Assembly (NCBI GenBank): GCA_018672055.1 | Contig: JABHGM010000001.1 | Span: 8,884-72,883 of the forward strand | Source of the DNA: a bacterium | GTDB lineage: Bacteria > Patescibacteriota > Patescibacteriia > UBA1558 > UBA10009 | Length of the DNA stretch: 64,000 nt | Direction: 5' to 3' | Shown: one piece after another, positions 1 through 8,961 of the stretch | Layout: every line of letters begins with the position of its first letter | How positions within the stretch are numbered: position 1 is the first letter of the stretch | Made by a program: the position numbers and the translations under genes | Notes under the pieces: generated by a model | What the model was told of the DNA's origin: nothing | What the model saw: the letters and a program-made list of their open reading frames with translations, nothing else | The model's database searches: none

Positions 1-377
1 TCAGTATATTTAAATATATTTAAATTATTCTTTTTAGTATATAAATATATAACTACTATACCAGCTATAATAGCTCCATGTATGGCTAACCCGCCGTGCC
101 ATAATTTTACTATCTCTAACGGTTTACTTAAAAAGTATGTGAGATTATAAAATAATACGTGATATATACGAGCCCCAATTAAACCAAAGATAATTAAATA
201 AAAAAAGAGACTCCATAAATGATCCTGAGTTTCTTTTTCTTTTCTAGTCAAATAATTTAATAAAAAAATACCTGTTAAAATAGCAATTAAAGCTGCTAAG
301 CCATACCAGAAGATATTAATAGGCCCCAAGCTAAATAATATAGCTTGAGGCTTAAAATTATGAAATATTTCTAACAT
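1..377 (-). CDS. lgt: Prolipoprotein diacylglyceryl transferase (Lgt), N-terminal part; ORF runs off the left window edge
   Basis: Manual reverse translation from the ATG at 375-377 gives MLEIFHNFKPQAILFSLGPINIFWYGLAALIAILTG...GARIYHVLFY...KPLEIVKLWHGGLAIHGAII with no stop before position 1. The 'GP..I.WYGL' and 'W.GGL..HG' motifs are typical of Lgt. It is absent from the ORF track because no stop lies inside the window. Confidence 0.6.
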   Translation of the reverse strand, partial: MLEIFHNFKPQAILFSLGPINIFWYGLAALIAILTGIFLLNYLTRKEKETQDHLWSLFFYLIIFGLIGARIYHVLFYNLTYFLSKPLEIVKLWHGGLAIHGAIIAGIVVIYLYTKKNNLNIFKYT

Positions 378-379
378 AG

Positions 380-1036
380 TTATTCTTGAATATCATCTTG
401 AGAATCATTTTCTAAAGAAACTAAAGGTTCAACTAAACCCTCTACTAAACTTGGTAGTTCTCCCCAATTTCCAATTTTCTGACCATTTAGGAAAAAAGTA
501 GGTGTGCTATTCAAACCAAGTCTATATACTTCATCTAAATCTTCTTCAATTACATACTTTTTAGTATGCGTGGACATACAATCATTCCAAATTTCAACAT
601 CTAAATCTAAAACTCCAGCATAACTTTCTAAATCAGAATAAGTTAAATCATCCTGATATGAAAATAACATATCATGATATCCCCAAAAATCACCTTGATC
701 ATGAGCGCATAAAGCTGCTTCTGCTGCTTTATATGCATACTTATGAATTGAAGTTAAAGGAAAATTATGATATTCCAATTTAACTTTATCGGGATATTTA
801 TCCATTATTGATTCAAGAACACTTTGTGCTGAACGACAAGCTGGACACTGGAAATCAGAATACTCAACTATTACTACACTAGCCTCAGGATTTCCTTTAT
901 ATGGACGCTCAGTAGTAATTTCTGAATACTCGGCAGTTTCTCTATTTAAATACCAGGATCCAAGTAATATTATAACTATGGCAATTATTATCCACCAATA
1001 TTTTTTATTCATATATTTAATAGTTAATATAGTCAC
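380..1036 (-). CDS. Membrane-anchored DsbA/thioredoxin-fold thiol:disulfide oxidoreductase
   Basis: N-terminal TM helix, CxxC active site (FQCPACRS), and 'TPTFFLNG' typical of the DsbA/thioredoxin fold. Confidence 0.75.
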   Translation of the reverse strand: MTILTIKYMNKKYWWIIIAIVIILLGSWYLNRETAEYSEITTERPYKGNPEASVVIVEYSDFQCPACRSAQSVLESIMDKYPDKVKLEYHNFPLTSIHKYAYKAAEAALCAHDQGDFWGYHDMLFSYQDDLTYSDLESYAGVLDLDVEIWNDCMSTHTKKYVIEEDLDEVYRLGLNSTPTFFLNGQKIGNWGELPSLVEGLVEPLVSLENDSQDDIQE

Positions 1037-1769
1037 TGGTAATTAAACTTTGATTTTCATACAAAGCATCTGTATATTCCCAAAACATATCTTGCTCACC
1101 AGCACATTCAGCAGATTCAGAAGCACCTCTAGCATATGGATGTAATTGGTCTAGAGGATAATGCTTATAGACCCAAACAACTTGATCACCGTAGTCTTCA
1201 ATAATACGTTTTAGAGTAGGATGAGCTCTGGCACAATAAGGACATTGAAAATCACTAAATTCAACTAATTTAACTTGTGCATCTAAGTTACCTAAATAGT
1301 TATCATCTTTAGTAATTTCTTTAACATTAGAATAACCAGAAGTTGGTAAATCAACACCTTCAATATTTACTTCTTGACCTGCTAAAATACTATCAATTAT
1401 TTGTGTAAAAACTTCATAAGGATAAGCACCTCTAACTAAGTATTCATTAACATAAACTCCAGGGGTTCCTGTTACGCCCGCAGCAGAACCTTCTTGAAAT
1501 TCAGCATTTACCTTTTCAACATATTTATCACTATCTAAACATTCTTTAAAATCCTTCATATCTAAATCCAGCTTATAAGCTAAAGAATTTTCATTATATT
1601 CTGTCTTATCACCAAGTGGCAAAGAAAAACCAGAGCCACTACCAGATAAAGTAATTAAAAAACCAATAGTTCCAACTATTAGTACGCCACCTACTAAACC
1701 TAGAATAAAAGATGATTTAGCAGAAATTAGGTCAAAAAAACCTTTCTTTTTCTTATTTTCATTAAACAT
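1017..1769 (-). CDS. Membrane-anchored DsbA/thioredoxin-fold thiol:disulfide oxidoreductase (paralog)
   Basis: N-terminal TM, CxxC motif (FQCPYCARAHP), 'TPGVYVN' motif. Overlaps the downstream paralog by 20 nt. Confidence 0.75.
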   Translation of the reverse strand: MFNENKKKKGFFDLISAKSSFILGLVGGVLIVGTIGFLITLSGSGSGFSLPLGDKTEYNENSLAYKLDLDMKDFKECLDSDKYVEKVNAEFQEGSAAGVTGTPGVYVNEYLVRGAYPYEVFTQIIDSILAGQEVNIEGVDLPTSGYSNVKEITKDDNYLGNLDAQVKLVEFSDFQCPYCARAHPTLKRIIEDYGDQVVWVYKHYPLDQLHPYARGASESAECAGEQDMFWEYTDALYENQSLITSDYINY

Positions 1770-1824
1770 AAATAAAAACTTTAATTATTAAATGTTGGTT
1801 TATTATACACAAATATGTTGAATA

Positions 1825-3291
1825 TTACAAATTAGGTTGTCTCTTATGAAAATCCGTATTTAATTGAAACTGATGAGCTAAATTAAGTATTACACTCTCT
1901 TTAAAAGGAGCGCCCATTAACTGCATACCAATTGGTAAATTTTGAGTTGATAAACCTACTGGCAAGGAAATAGCACACAAACCTGCTACATTAGCTGAGA
2001 TAGTATAAATATCACATAAATACATAGTTAAGGGATCATTATACTTCTCCCCTAATTTAAAAGCTGTAGTAGGTGTTGTAGGAGTTAATAATACATCAAC
2101 TTCATTAAATATATCTAAATATTCTTTTTGAATTTCTTTTTGAACTTTTTTAGCTTGATTATAATAGGCATCTTGATAACCAGCAGACAAAACATAAGTA
2201 CCCATCATTATTCTACGCTTTACTTCATCACCAAAACCATCTGCCCTGGTCTTTTCATAATGTTCTTTTAAATTCTTAGCTTGCTTATTATTTAAACCAT
2301 ATCGTATACCATCATAACGAGATAAATTAGAAGATACTTCAGCCATTAAAATAATATAGTAAACAGCTAAAGCATGTTCTGTAGAAGGTAAACTAACTTC
2401 TTTAATAATAGCTCCCATCTTTTTAAATTCTTCAGCCATTTCTTTAATCCGTATCTCAATTTCCATGTCCATGCCTTTTATAAAATATTCTTTAGGTAAG
2501 CCAATTACTTTACCTTTAATATCTTTTTTTATATCTTCAGTATACTTATCAACTTTTAATTTACTAGTAGTTGAATCATTTATATCTTCTCCTGCTATTA
2601 CTTCTAAAATCTCTGCACATTCTTCTGCAGTATGTGTCATAGGACCAGCTTGATCAAAAGAAGAAGTCATAGCAATTATTCCGTATCTACTTACACGTGC
2701 GTAAGTAGGTTTTAAGGCAGTAATACCACATAGTGCTCCAGGTTGCCTTACAGAGCCACCAGTGTCTGTACCAATAGAAAATGTTCCCATATCAATAGCT
2801 ACGCTAGCCGCACTACCCCCAGATGAACCTCCAGGTACTCGAGATTTATCCCAAGGATTTAAAACAGGACCATAGGCACTATTTTCATTTGAAGCGCCCA
2901 TAGCAAATTCATCACAATTATTTTTACCTATTATAATAGCACCGGCTTCTTTTAATCTGTGTATTACAGTAGCATCATATGGTGCAATATATTCTTCTAA
3001 TATTTTTGAGCCGGCAGTAGTCTTAATACCCTTAGTCATAAATAAATCCTTAACACTAATAGGTACACCTTCTAAAGCTTTTAACTCTTCCCCACTCTTT
3101 ATCTTCTTATCTACTTCTTTGGCTCTTTTTAAAGCTTCTTTTTTATTTAAAGTAATAAAACAATTTATATCCTCAAAACTTTCTATACGAGTAAAATAAT
3201 ACTTAACAAGTTCAGTACATGAAAACTTCTTATCTCGTAAACCCTTTTTTATTTCACTAATTGTTAAATATGATAAATCCATATTATTCAA
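1825..3291 (-). CDS. gatA: Glu-tRNA(Gln)/Asp-tRNA(Asn) amidotransferase subunit A
   Basis: Amidase signature GGSSGGSAASVA and KPTYARVSRYG; 488 aa. Confidence 0.9.
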   Translation of the reverse strand: MNNMDLSYLTISEIKKGLRDKKFSCTELVKYYFTRIESFEDINCFITLNKKEALKRAKEVDKKIKSGEELKALEGVPISVKDLFMTKGIKTTAGSKILEEYIAPYDATVIHRLKEAGAIIIGKNNCDEFAMGASNENSAYGPVLNPWDKSRVPGGSSGGSAASVAIDMGTFSIGTDTGGSVRQPGALCGITALKPTYARVSRYGIIAMTSSFDQAGPMTHTAEECAEILEVIAGEDINDSTTSKLKVDKYTEDIKKDIKGKVIGLPKEYFIKGMDMEIEIRIKEMAEEFKKMGAIIKEVSLPSTEHALAVYYIILMAEVSSNLSRYDGIRYGLNNKQAKNLKEHYEKTRADGFGDEVKRRIMMGTYVLSAGYQDAYYNQAKKVQKEIQKEYLDIFNEVDVLLTPTTPTTAFKLGEKYNDPLTMYLCDIYTISANVAGLCAISLPVGLSTQNLPIGMQLMGAPFKESVILNLAHQFQLNTDFHKRQPNL

Positions 3292-3571
3292 AAACAGCTT
3301 TAGCTTTAATTAAATTCTTTTCTTTAGCAGGAGCTAAACTTATTAAATTCTCTTGCTCTTCTTTAGAAATACCAACTACCTTATCCTCTCTTAAACGACT
3401 ATCTTCTACGCTTTCAAAATCTAAACCATCTTTTACTTTAACTTTAGATAATTTAGCTACATAACCTAAAATAGATGAAATATCCTTAGTAAACTTGTCT
3501 TTTTCACCTTCTTTAAGCTCTATACGTGCGAGTTTAGCTAGTTTTTCTATGTCTTCTTTGTTTATACTCAT
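3284..3571 (-). CDS. gatC: Glu-tRNA(Gln) amidotransferase subunit C
   Basis: 95 aa, directly upstream of and overlapping gatA. 'LAKLARIEL' GatC-like N-terminus. Confidence 0.7.
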   Translation of the reverse strand: MSINKEDIEKLAKLARIELKEGEKDKFTKDISSILGYVAKLSKVKVKDGLDFESVEDSRLREDKVVGISKEEQENLISLAPAKEKNLIKAKAVFE

Positions 3572-3600
3572 ATTATGCTTATTTTAGCAGATATTGCTAA

Positions 3601-6600
3601 TTAATTGAAATAGATAGCTCCATTATTATGTAACTGTTTAACTTGCTCATAAGTTAAAGCATAGTTATATATTCTAAAATCATCTAACATACCGTCATAT
3701 TCTTCACTACCAGTACTATCTTGGCCAACTTCAATAACATTCCCTGGATTAATATCACCCATGCTACCTGCAGACCAATCATTGGTTGCATTTAAAATAC
3801 CATCTATATATATTTTAGAAATCTCAACCACTGGATCATAAGTAAAAATAACATGATGCCATACTCCGTCAGTCACAGTTTTATTTCCATAAACACTAGC
3901 ACCATTAGAACCATCACTAATTTGTAATCCAGGAAAATCGCCACTATTATTATGGCTCCTAAAAATCCAATAACCTGTACCACCTTCACCGTAGGTTCCA
4001 ATCGTCCTGATATATCCACCATTACCATCAGACTTTTGCGTAGACTTAACCCAAACAGACATAGACCAACCATGAGTTCTAGGATCAATGTCTGTGGTTG
4101 GAGTTATATTTACTTCTTCATCATTATCTTTTTCAAAATCTAAACAACAACCTAACTTACAACTTGAACTTGAAATCCAATCAGTAGCAGGATCCATATT
4201 AGTTAAGGTTCCATTATTACCATTGTATCCACCATTTCCATCACGTGATGAATCATAGGCAGTAACTCCTTCACATTCATCAAACTTCCACCAACCAACT
4301 GGTTCTCCCCTGTTATATTCATAGGCTACTTGAGATGCAGATCTTGCATAATTATATATCTTTACATTATCGATATTTCCATTAAAAAAACTTTCCGCTC
4401 CACCATATGTTTCTTTACCGATAATAAAACTACCAGTATTATCCATATTTGCAGAACCTGGGCTACCAACTACAGAGGTTGACGATGTACCATCATCTAC
4501 TCCATTTACATAAATAGTTGGATAATATGGACTCGCCCTATCAACTACTGCTACTAAATGATACCAAACACCTTCTGTTAATACAGTATTACTTATTGTA
4601 TAAGCATAATCTGTAGTTCCTCCTGGTCCAGCATTATATATGAAATAAGGTTTTCCACTACTTAAACCAAAGTACCATTGTTCTTGATCTTCTTCTCTCT
4701 TTTCCATAAATCTACTAGATCCGCCAGCCCCTTCTTTAAACCAAAGACTAACAGAAAAAGCGTCTGTACCAAAATTAGCTGCATCAATATTACCAAAATC
4801 AACAAAATCATCAGTACCATCGAAATACAAGCAATTATTATACTTACAGTCAACACTATCTTTCCAAATAGCTCCAGTTATAGTCCCAGACGCGCTATTA
4901 CCACTGGAATCATAAGTAATACTTCCGGTCATTTCTTCAAATTTAAATTCAGCTAGAGGTGCACTACAAGCAGCGCTACTACCAGGTACACAATTATATG
5001 CTTCTTGAGAACTAGAAGCAGTGCCATCAGCATTAGTGCCAATAGAACCCAAAACTAAAGATGAGCCTTGATTATAATCTAATCTAACTTCATCTTCAGT
5101 TAAAGCATAGTTATATATCTTAACTTCATCAATTAAGCCGTTATACTCTTCTGACGAGGTTCCCTGACCAATCCAAGCATTCTCATCTAAACTTGTTGGC
5201 GTATAGCTATGTGCATAATCTGAAATATAATTACCATCAACATAAAAATAAATCCTATCAGATTCTCTTTTCATCAAATAATGATGCCAATTAGTATCAA
5301 TAGTATAATTTGTTTGATGAGTTTGCCAAGTAGAACCATCACCAGTTCCACCCGAAAAATAATTATTAGGATCAAAGCCCAAATGACCATTACTAGAACC
5401 AGCTTGCCCCAAATAAACAAACCCTGTCCAACCAGTTGAAATTGCATTTGGTTTGGCCCACACACTTATTGTAAAATCACCATCACCTATGTCGAAAGAA
5501 CTTGATTGACCCAGATCAACATAATCATCAGAGCCGTCAAAACTTAAAGCTTTACCAAATTTTCCACTATTAGTCCATGTAGGACAAGTAGAATCACCAG
5601 GACAAGTGCCAGCTAAATCACCATCATTATCACCAAAGCCATCATCATAAGCAGTATCACCAAAACCTTCATCAAATTTCCAGTAACCAAGCTTTGAGCC
5701 AACAGGAGAGCCTCCTGCCGGATGCCCAGCATTCATATCTTGAATTATCTGCTTAGGCGTACGAGCATAATCGTATATCTTTACATCATCAATTACCCCA
5801 TCTAAATAATCAGCGCCAGAACCACTTAATCTCCAACTATTACCTATCGTCATAGTACCAGCAGAAACACCATTAAATGAACCTATATTATTAATACCGA
5901 TTAAAACTCCATCAATATAAAATTCAACTTTATCATCAGGTTTATATACTCCAGTTAAATAATACCAAGTATCAGTAGTTAAAGCACTAGAAGTAACAAG
6001 ATCTGTATTATCACTAATATCTCTTGTTCCAAACCGAACTGTACTACCAGCTCTATCAAAACCATAATTATCCGTAGTATGCCCGTAAAGCATTATTGCT
6101 CCATCACTAAGCGAATTAAATTTAACCCACATAGCAAAAGTAGTTGCTCTATCTCCGGTAAAACCAATAGATGGAATAGTAGCATAATCATCAGTTCCAT
6201 CTAATTCACAACCAAAACCGAATTTACCAGATACTGTACAATCCATACCAGTATTATTAGCACCATCATTTGTTGTTGTATCATAACCATTACCAGTGCT
6301 ATCATATAGTGTTTTACTATCACCAGATACAGCTTCTTCCATTTTCAAATGTAATAAAGGTCCAGGGGCCCAGTTATATAAATCACGTATTTCACGATTA
6401 GATAAAGCTCTATTATATATTCTAATCTCATCAAGTAAACCATCAAATGAATAATTTTGTGAACCATTATTATAAATATTTCCAAGATATAATTTTCTAC
6501 CCGCCACACTATCAATGACTATATCTCCAACATAGGTACTAGACATTTCTACTCCATCAACATAAATATATGTATAATCGTCTCTTCTAACGCCTACTAT

Positions 6601-8961
6601 ATAATGCCATTCATCAGAAGATATTTCAGTTGGTGAAATTACAGAATAATTAGTCGAATCAGAGACGATTGTAAGTGCTGGTGTTTTGTTAGAGCCTGAA
6701 CCAACTCCAAAACCCCATTCATTTGTACCAGGACTTGCACCTGTATTCCATTTATTAACTATACTACTACGCGAACTAGACAAAGAACCATTTATCTTAG
6801 CCCAGCCAGAAATAGTAAAATTATTTGAACCAAAATCAAATGTATCTGAATCTATTATATCTATACGATTAGTACTAGTATTAAAATCACCAGCATTACC
6901 AAACTTGGCTGTAGTAGTGGCTAGTGCGTTAGTTGAAGTACCATGATTACCGTTACCACTTGAATCTACAACTTCTGCTGGAGTACCATCCCAAGTAGTC
7001 TCATCCATTTTCCAATAACCAACTAAGCCTTGAGATAAATATTGTTGAGGTCTTTGACCTATACCTACACCTACTCCTTCACTTCCACCAAAGCCTGATG
7101 CTCCAGCATTATAATCTCTTCTTATTTGAGCTTGAGTTCTTACATAATTATATACTTTCACCTCATCTATATGACCATTAAAAGGGTAGGATGTAGTACT
7201 ATTCCATTTCATTATTCCAATATCAAAATTATCTCGATTTGGGGTGTCTGCAAACCAGTCACCGGAATCAGAACCAGCATCCAAATTAGTAGACTCTAAA
7301 TTTCCATCGACATAGAATAAATAATTAGAACCATCACTTTGAACTACAACATGATGCCAATTATTATCAGCTAAATTAGTAGTCCCAGAAACGGTATCTT
7401 GAGTATCATTATTTTTTTGAATAAACCGTATCACACCAGTAGTCTGTTCTAAATTTAAAACCATATAATAAAGTGATGACGCATAATCTGCGCTTGAAAA
7501 TATTGTTGGATAACTAGAAACGTCGCTTGTTTTGATCCAAGCACTAATTGTTCCAAGACTATCTGAACTAAGCCAATCTGCCGTAGTTGCATCTACATAA
7601 TCCCCTGTGCCATCAAAGTATAAACACTTACCACTTATACACTGCTCTCGACTTTGCCAAGTAGCATTAGTAACGGTTCCATTACTTTGATTAGAAGAAC
7701 TATCATAAGCAGTAGAGCCATAACCTTCATTAAAAGACCAATAACCAGCAGGTGCTGTACTTTGTTCTTCTGAACCATTACTTGAACCAAAAGTAGATAA
7801 TAATAAATTATCTTCTCTTACATATATATTTTCTACTGTCCAATCTAAACCAATAGTCTGACAATCAAGACCTACTCCTGGACCACTTACAGTATCACGG
7901 TCAATTCTTCTAGAAGTTTGTTCAAATAATCTATCACTACTAGTATTAAAACGAGCAAAATTTTCTGCTTCATTATCACAACGAAACATCGGTGGTATCA
8001 CATAAGGTGAAGTGTCGCAAGAAAGAGTACAACTTTGAACAACATCATATAATACATCATGTGCTTGTAAATTTGTTTGGGTTACATAACTTTGACCGTC
8101 TGCACCCCAACATGATGCACTCCCATTAGGACCCATAGTTTTTTTTGATTTTACTTGATCCCATTCATAAGTATCAGAAACTTTAATAGTTGCCCTCGGC
8201 GGTACACCACCTGTACCACAACCCTTGTCAACGGAAACAAAATTATAACCAATACCACCATTACTATCTATTGTACTACTAGATGTAAAACCAGCTGATA
8301 AATATACGGAATCTAGCATAGCAGAAGTTACTAACATCCAACCGCCATCATTATTTGTCATATCACAATATACCTGTAGCTTATCAGCGGTATTACCACT
8401 TGGGGTAATGTAATAAGCACCATCTCCATTACTATTACTATGTTCTAAAATATTTTTACATGAAATAGCAGGTATTTCTGATGTCCCTATTATTGCTTCT
8501 GCATCATTAATAGTTGCATTACCATAGTATATATAGAGAGTAGCGCCTGAGGCTGGAACACGAGTAGCTATAGTATAAATAGCAGTATCAGAATCATTAC
8601 AATCGTAATCTGTGTCACCATCTATAAAATAAGTAAGTAAAACACCCCTTTCATTGGTTATTCTAATATCATCACAATCTGATTGCATCTTACCTGCTGT
8701 AATTAAAGTGGCAGTATCTAATGTAATTTTTACATACTGATTTGTTACTAATGATCCTGAATTAGTAATAGCTGTACTTTGTCTATAATACCAAGAATCA
8801 TTCCACCAAGCAGCTTCTGTAGTACTAGGACTACGTAATAGATAGATAAATGAAGCAACAATAACAATGCCTATTACTATATAGATAATATAAAAACGAT
8901 AATCTATATTTTTTAGATATTTAAAAATATTATTTAATTTATTTAAAATTGACTGCCCCAT
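3601..8961 (-). CDS. Giant surface protein (1786 aa): N-terminal signal-anchor, DUF2341-like domain, and multiple LamG/concanavalin-like (Laminin_G_3) domains
   Basis: N-terminal TM followed by the 'AAWWNDSWYYRQ...YIYYGN' DUF2341 signature. LamG_3 C-terminal motifs recur ('DEVKVYNY', 'DEIRIYNRALSNREIRDLY', 'DDVKIYDYARTPKQI', 'DEVKIYNYALTEDEV', 'DDFRIYNYALTYEQVKQL'). Linkers of the form 'GYWKFDEG.G.TAYD.SGNGN.G' separate the domains. Confidence 0.85.
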   Translation of the reverse strand: MGQSILNKLNNIFKYLKNIDYRFYIIYIVIGIVIVASFIYLLRSPSTTEAAWWNDSWYYRQSTAITNSGSLVTNQYVKITLDTATLITAGKMQSDCDDIRITNERGVLLTYFIDGDTDYDCNDSDTAIYTIATRVPASGATLYIYYGNATINDAEAIIGTSEIPAISCKNILEHSNSNGDGAYYITPSGNTADKLQVYCDMTNNDGGWMLVTSAMLDSVYLSAGFTSSSTIDSNGGIGYNFVSVDKGCGTGGVPPRATIKVSDTYEWDQVKSKKTMGPNGSASCWGADGQSYVTQTNLQAHDVLYDVVQSCTLSCDTSPYVIPPMFRCDNEAENFARFNTSSDRLFEQTSRRIDRDTVSGPGVGLDCQTIGLDWTVENIYVREDNLLLSTFGSSNGSEEQSTAPAGYWSFNEGYGSTAYDSSSNQSNGTVTNATWQSREQCISGKCLYFDGTGDYVDATTADWLSSDSLGTISAWIKTSDVSSYPTIFSSADYASSLYYMVLNLEQTTGVIRFIQKNNDTQDTVSGTTNLADNNWHHVVVQSDGSNYLFYVDGNLESTNLDAGSDSGDWFADTPNRDNFDIGIMKWNSTTSYPFNGHIDEVKVYNYVRTQAQIRRDYNAGASGFGGSEGVGVGIGQRPQQYLSQGLVGYWKMDETTWDGTPAEVVDSSGNGNHGTSTNALATTTAKFGNAGDFNTSTNRIDIIDSDTFDFGSNNFTISGWAKINGSLSSSRSSIVNKWNTGASPGTNEWGFGVGSGSNKTPALTIVSDSTNYSVISPTEISSDEWHYIVGVRRDDYTYIYVDGVEMSSTYVGDIVIDSVAGRKLYLGNIYNNGSQNYSFDGLLDEIRIYNRALSNREIRDLYNWAPGPLLHLKMEEAVSGDSKTLYDSTGNGYDTTTNDGANNTGMDCTVSGKFGFGCELDGTDDYATIPSIGFTGDRATTFAMWVKFNSLSDGAIMLYGHTTDNYGFDRAGSTVRFGTRDISDNTDLVTSSALTTDTWYYLTGVYKPDDKVEFYIDGVLIGINNIGSFNGVSAGTMTIGNSWRLSGSGADYLDGVIDDVKIYDYARTPKQIIQDMNAGHPAGGSPVGSKLGYWKFDEGFGDTAYDDGFGDNDGDLAGTCPGDSTCPTWTNSGKFGKALSFDGSDDYVDLGQSSSFDIGDGDFTISVWAKPNAISTGWTGFVYLGQAGSSNGHLGFDPNNYFSGGTGDGSTWQTHQTNYTIDTNWHHYLMKRESDRIYFYVDGNYISDYAHSYTPTSLDENAWIGQGTSSEEYNGLIDEVKIYNYALTEDEVRLDYNQGSSLVLGSIGTNADGTASSSQEAYNCVPGSSAACSAPLAEFKFEEMTGSITYDSSGNSASGTITGAIWKDSVDCKYNNCLYFDGTDDFVDFGNIDAANFGTDAFSVSLWFKEGAGGSSRFMEKREEDQEQWYFGLSSGKPYFIYNAGPGGTTDYAYTISNTVLTEGVWYHLVAVVDRASPYYPTIYVNGVDDGTSSTSVVGSPGSANMDNTGSFIIGKETYGGAESFFNGNIDNVKIYNYARSASQVAYEYNRGEPVGWWKFDECEGVTAYDSSRDGNGGYNGNNGTLTNMDPATDWISSSSCKLGCCLDFEKDNDEEVNITPTTDIDPRTHGWSMSVWVKSTQKSDGNGGYIRTIGTYGEGGTGYWIFRSHNNSGDFPGLQISDGSNGASVYGNKTVTDGVWHHVIFTYDPVVEISKIYIDGILNATNDWSAGSMGDINPGNVIEVGQDSTGSEEYDGMLDDFRIYNYALTYEQVKQLHNNGAIYFN

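Noticed and set aside
2465-3464. Plus-strand ORFs 2465..2653 and 3261..3464 inside gatA and gatC
   Set aside because: Antisense to well-supported gatA/gatC reading frames, with no features.
8139-8146. Poly-T(8) tract inside giant paralog 1 as a possible slipped-strand phase-variation site
   Set aside because: Homopolymers of this length are frequent throughout this ~30% GC sequence, so there is no specific evidence for phase variation.
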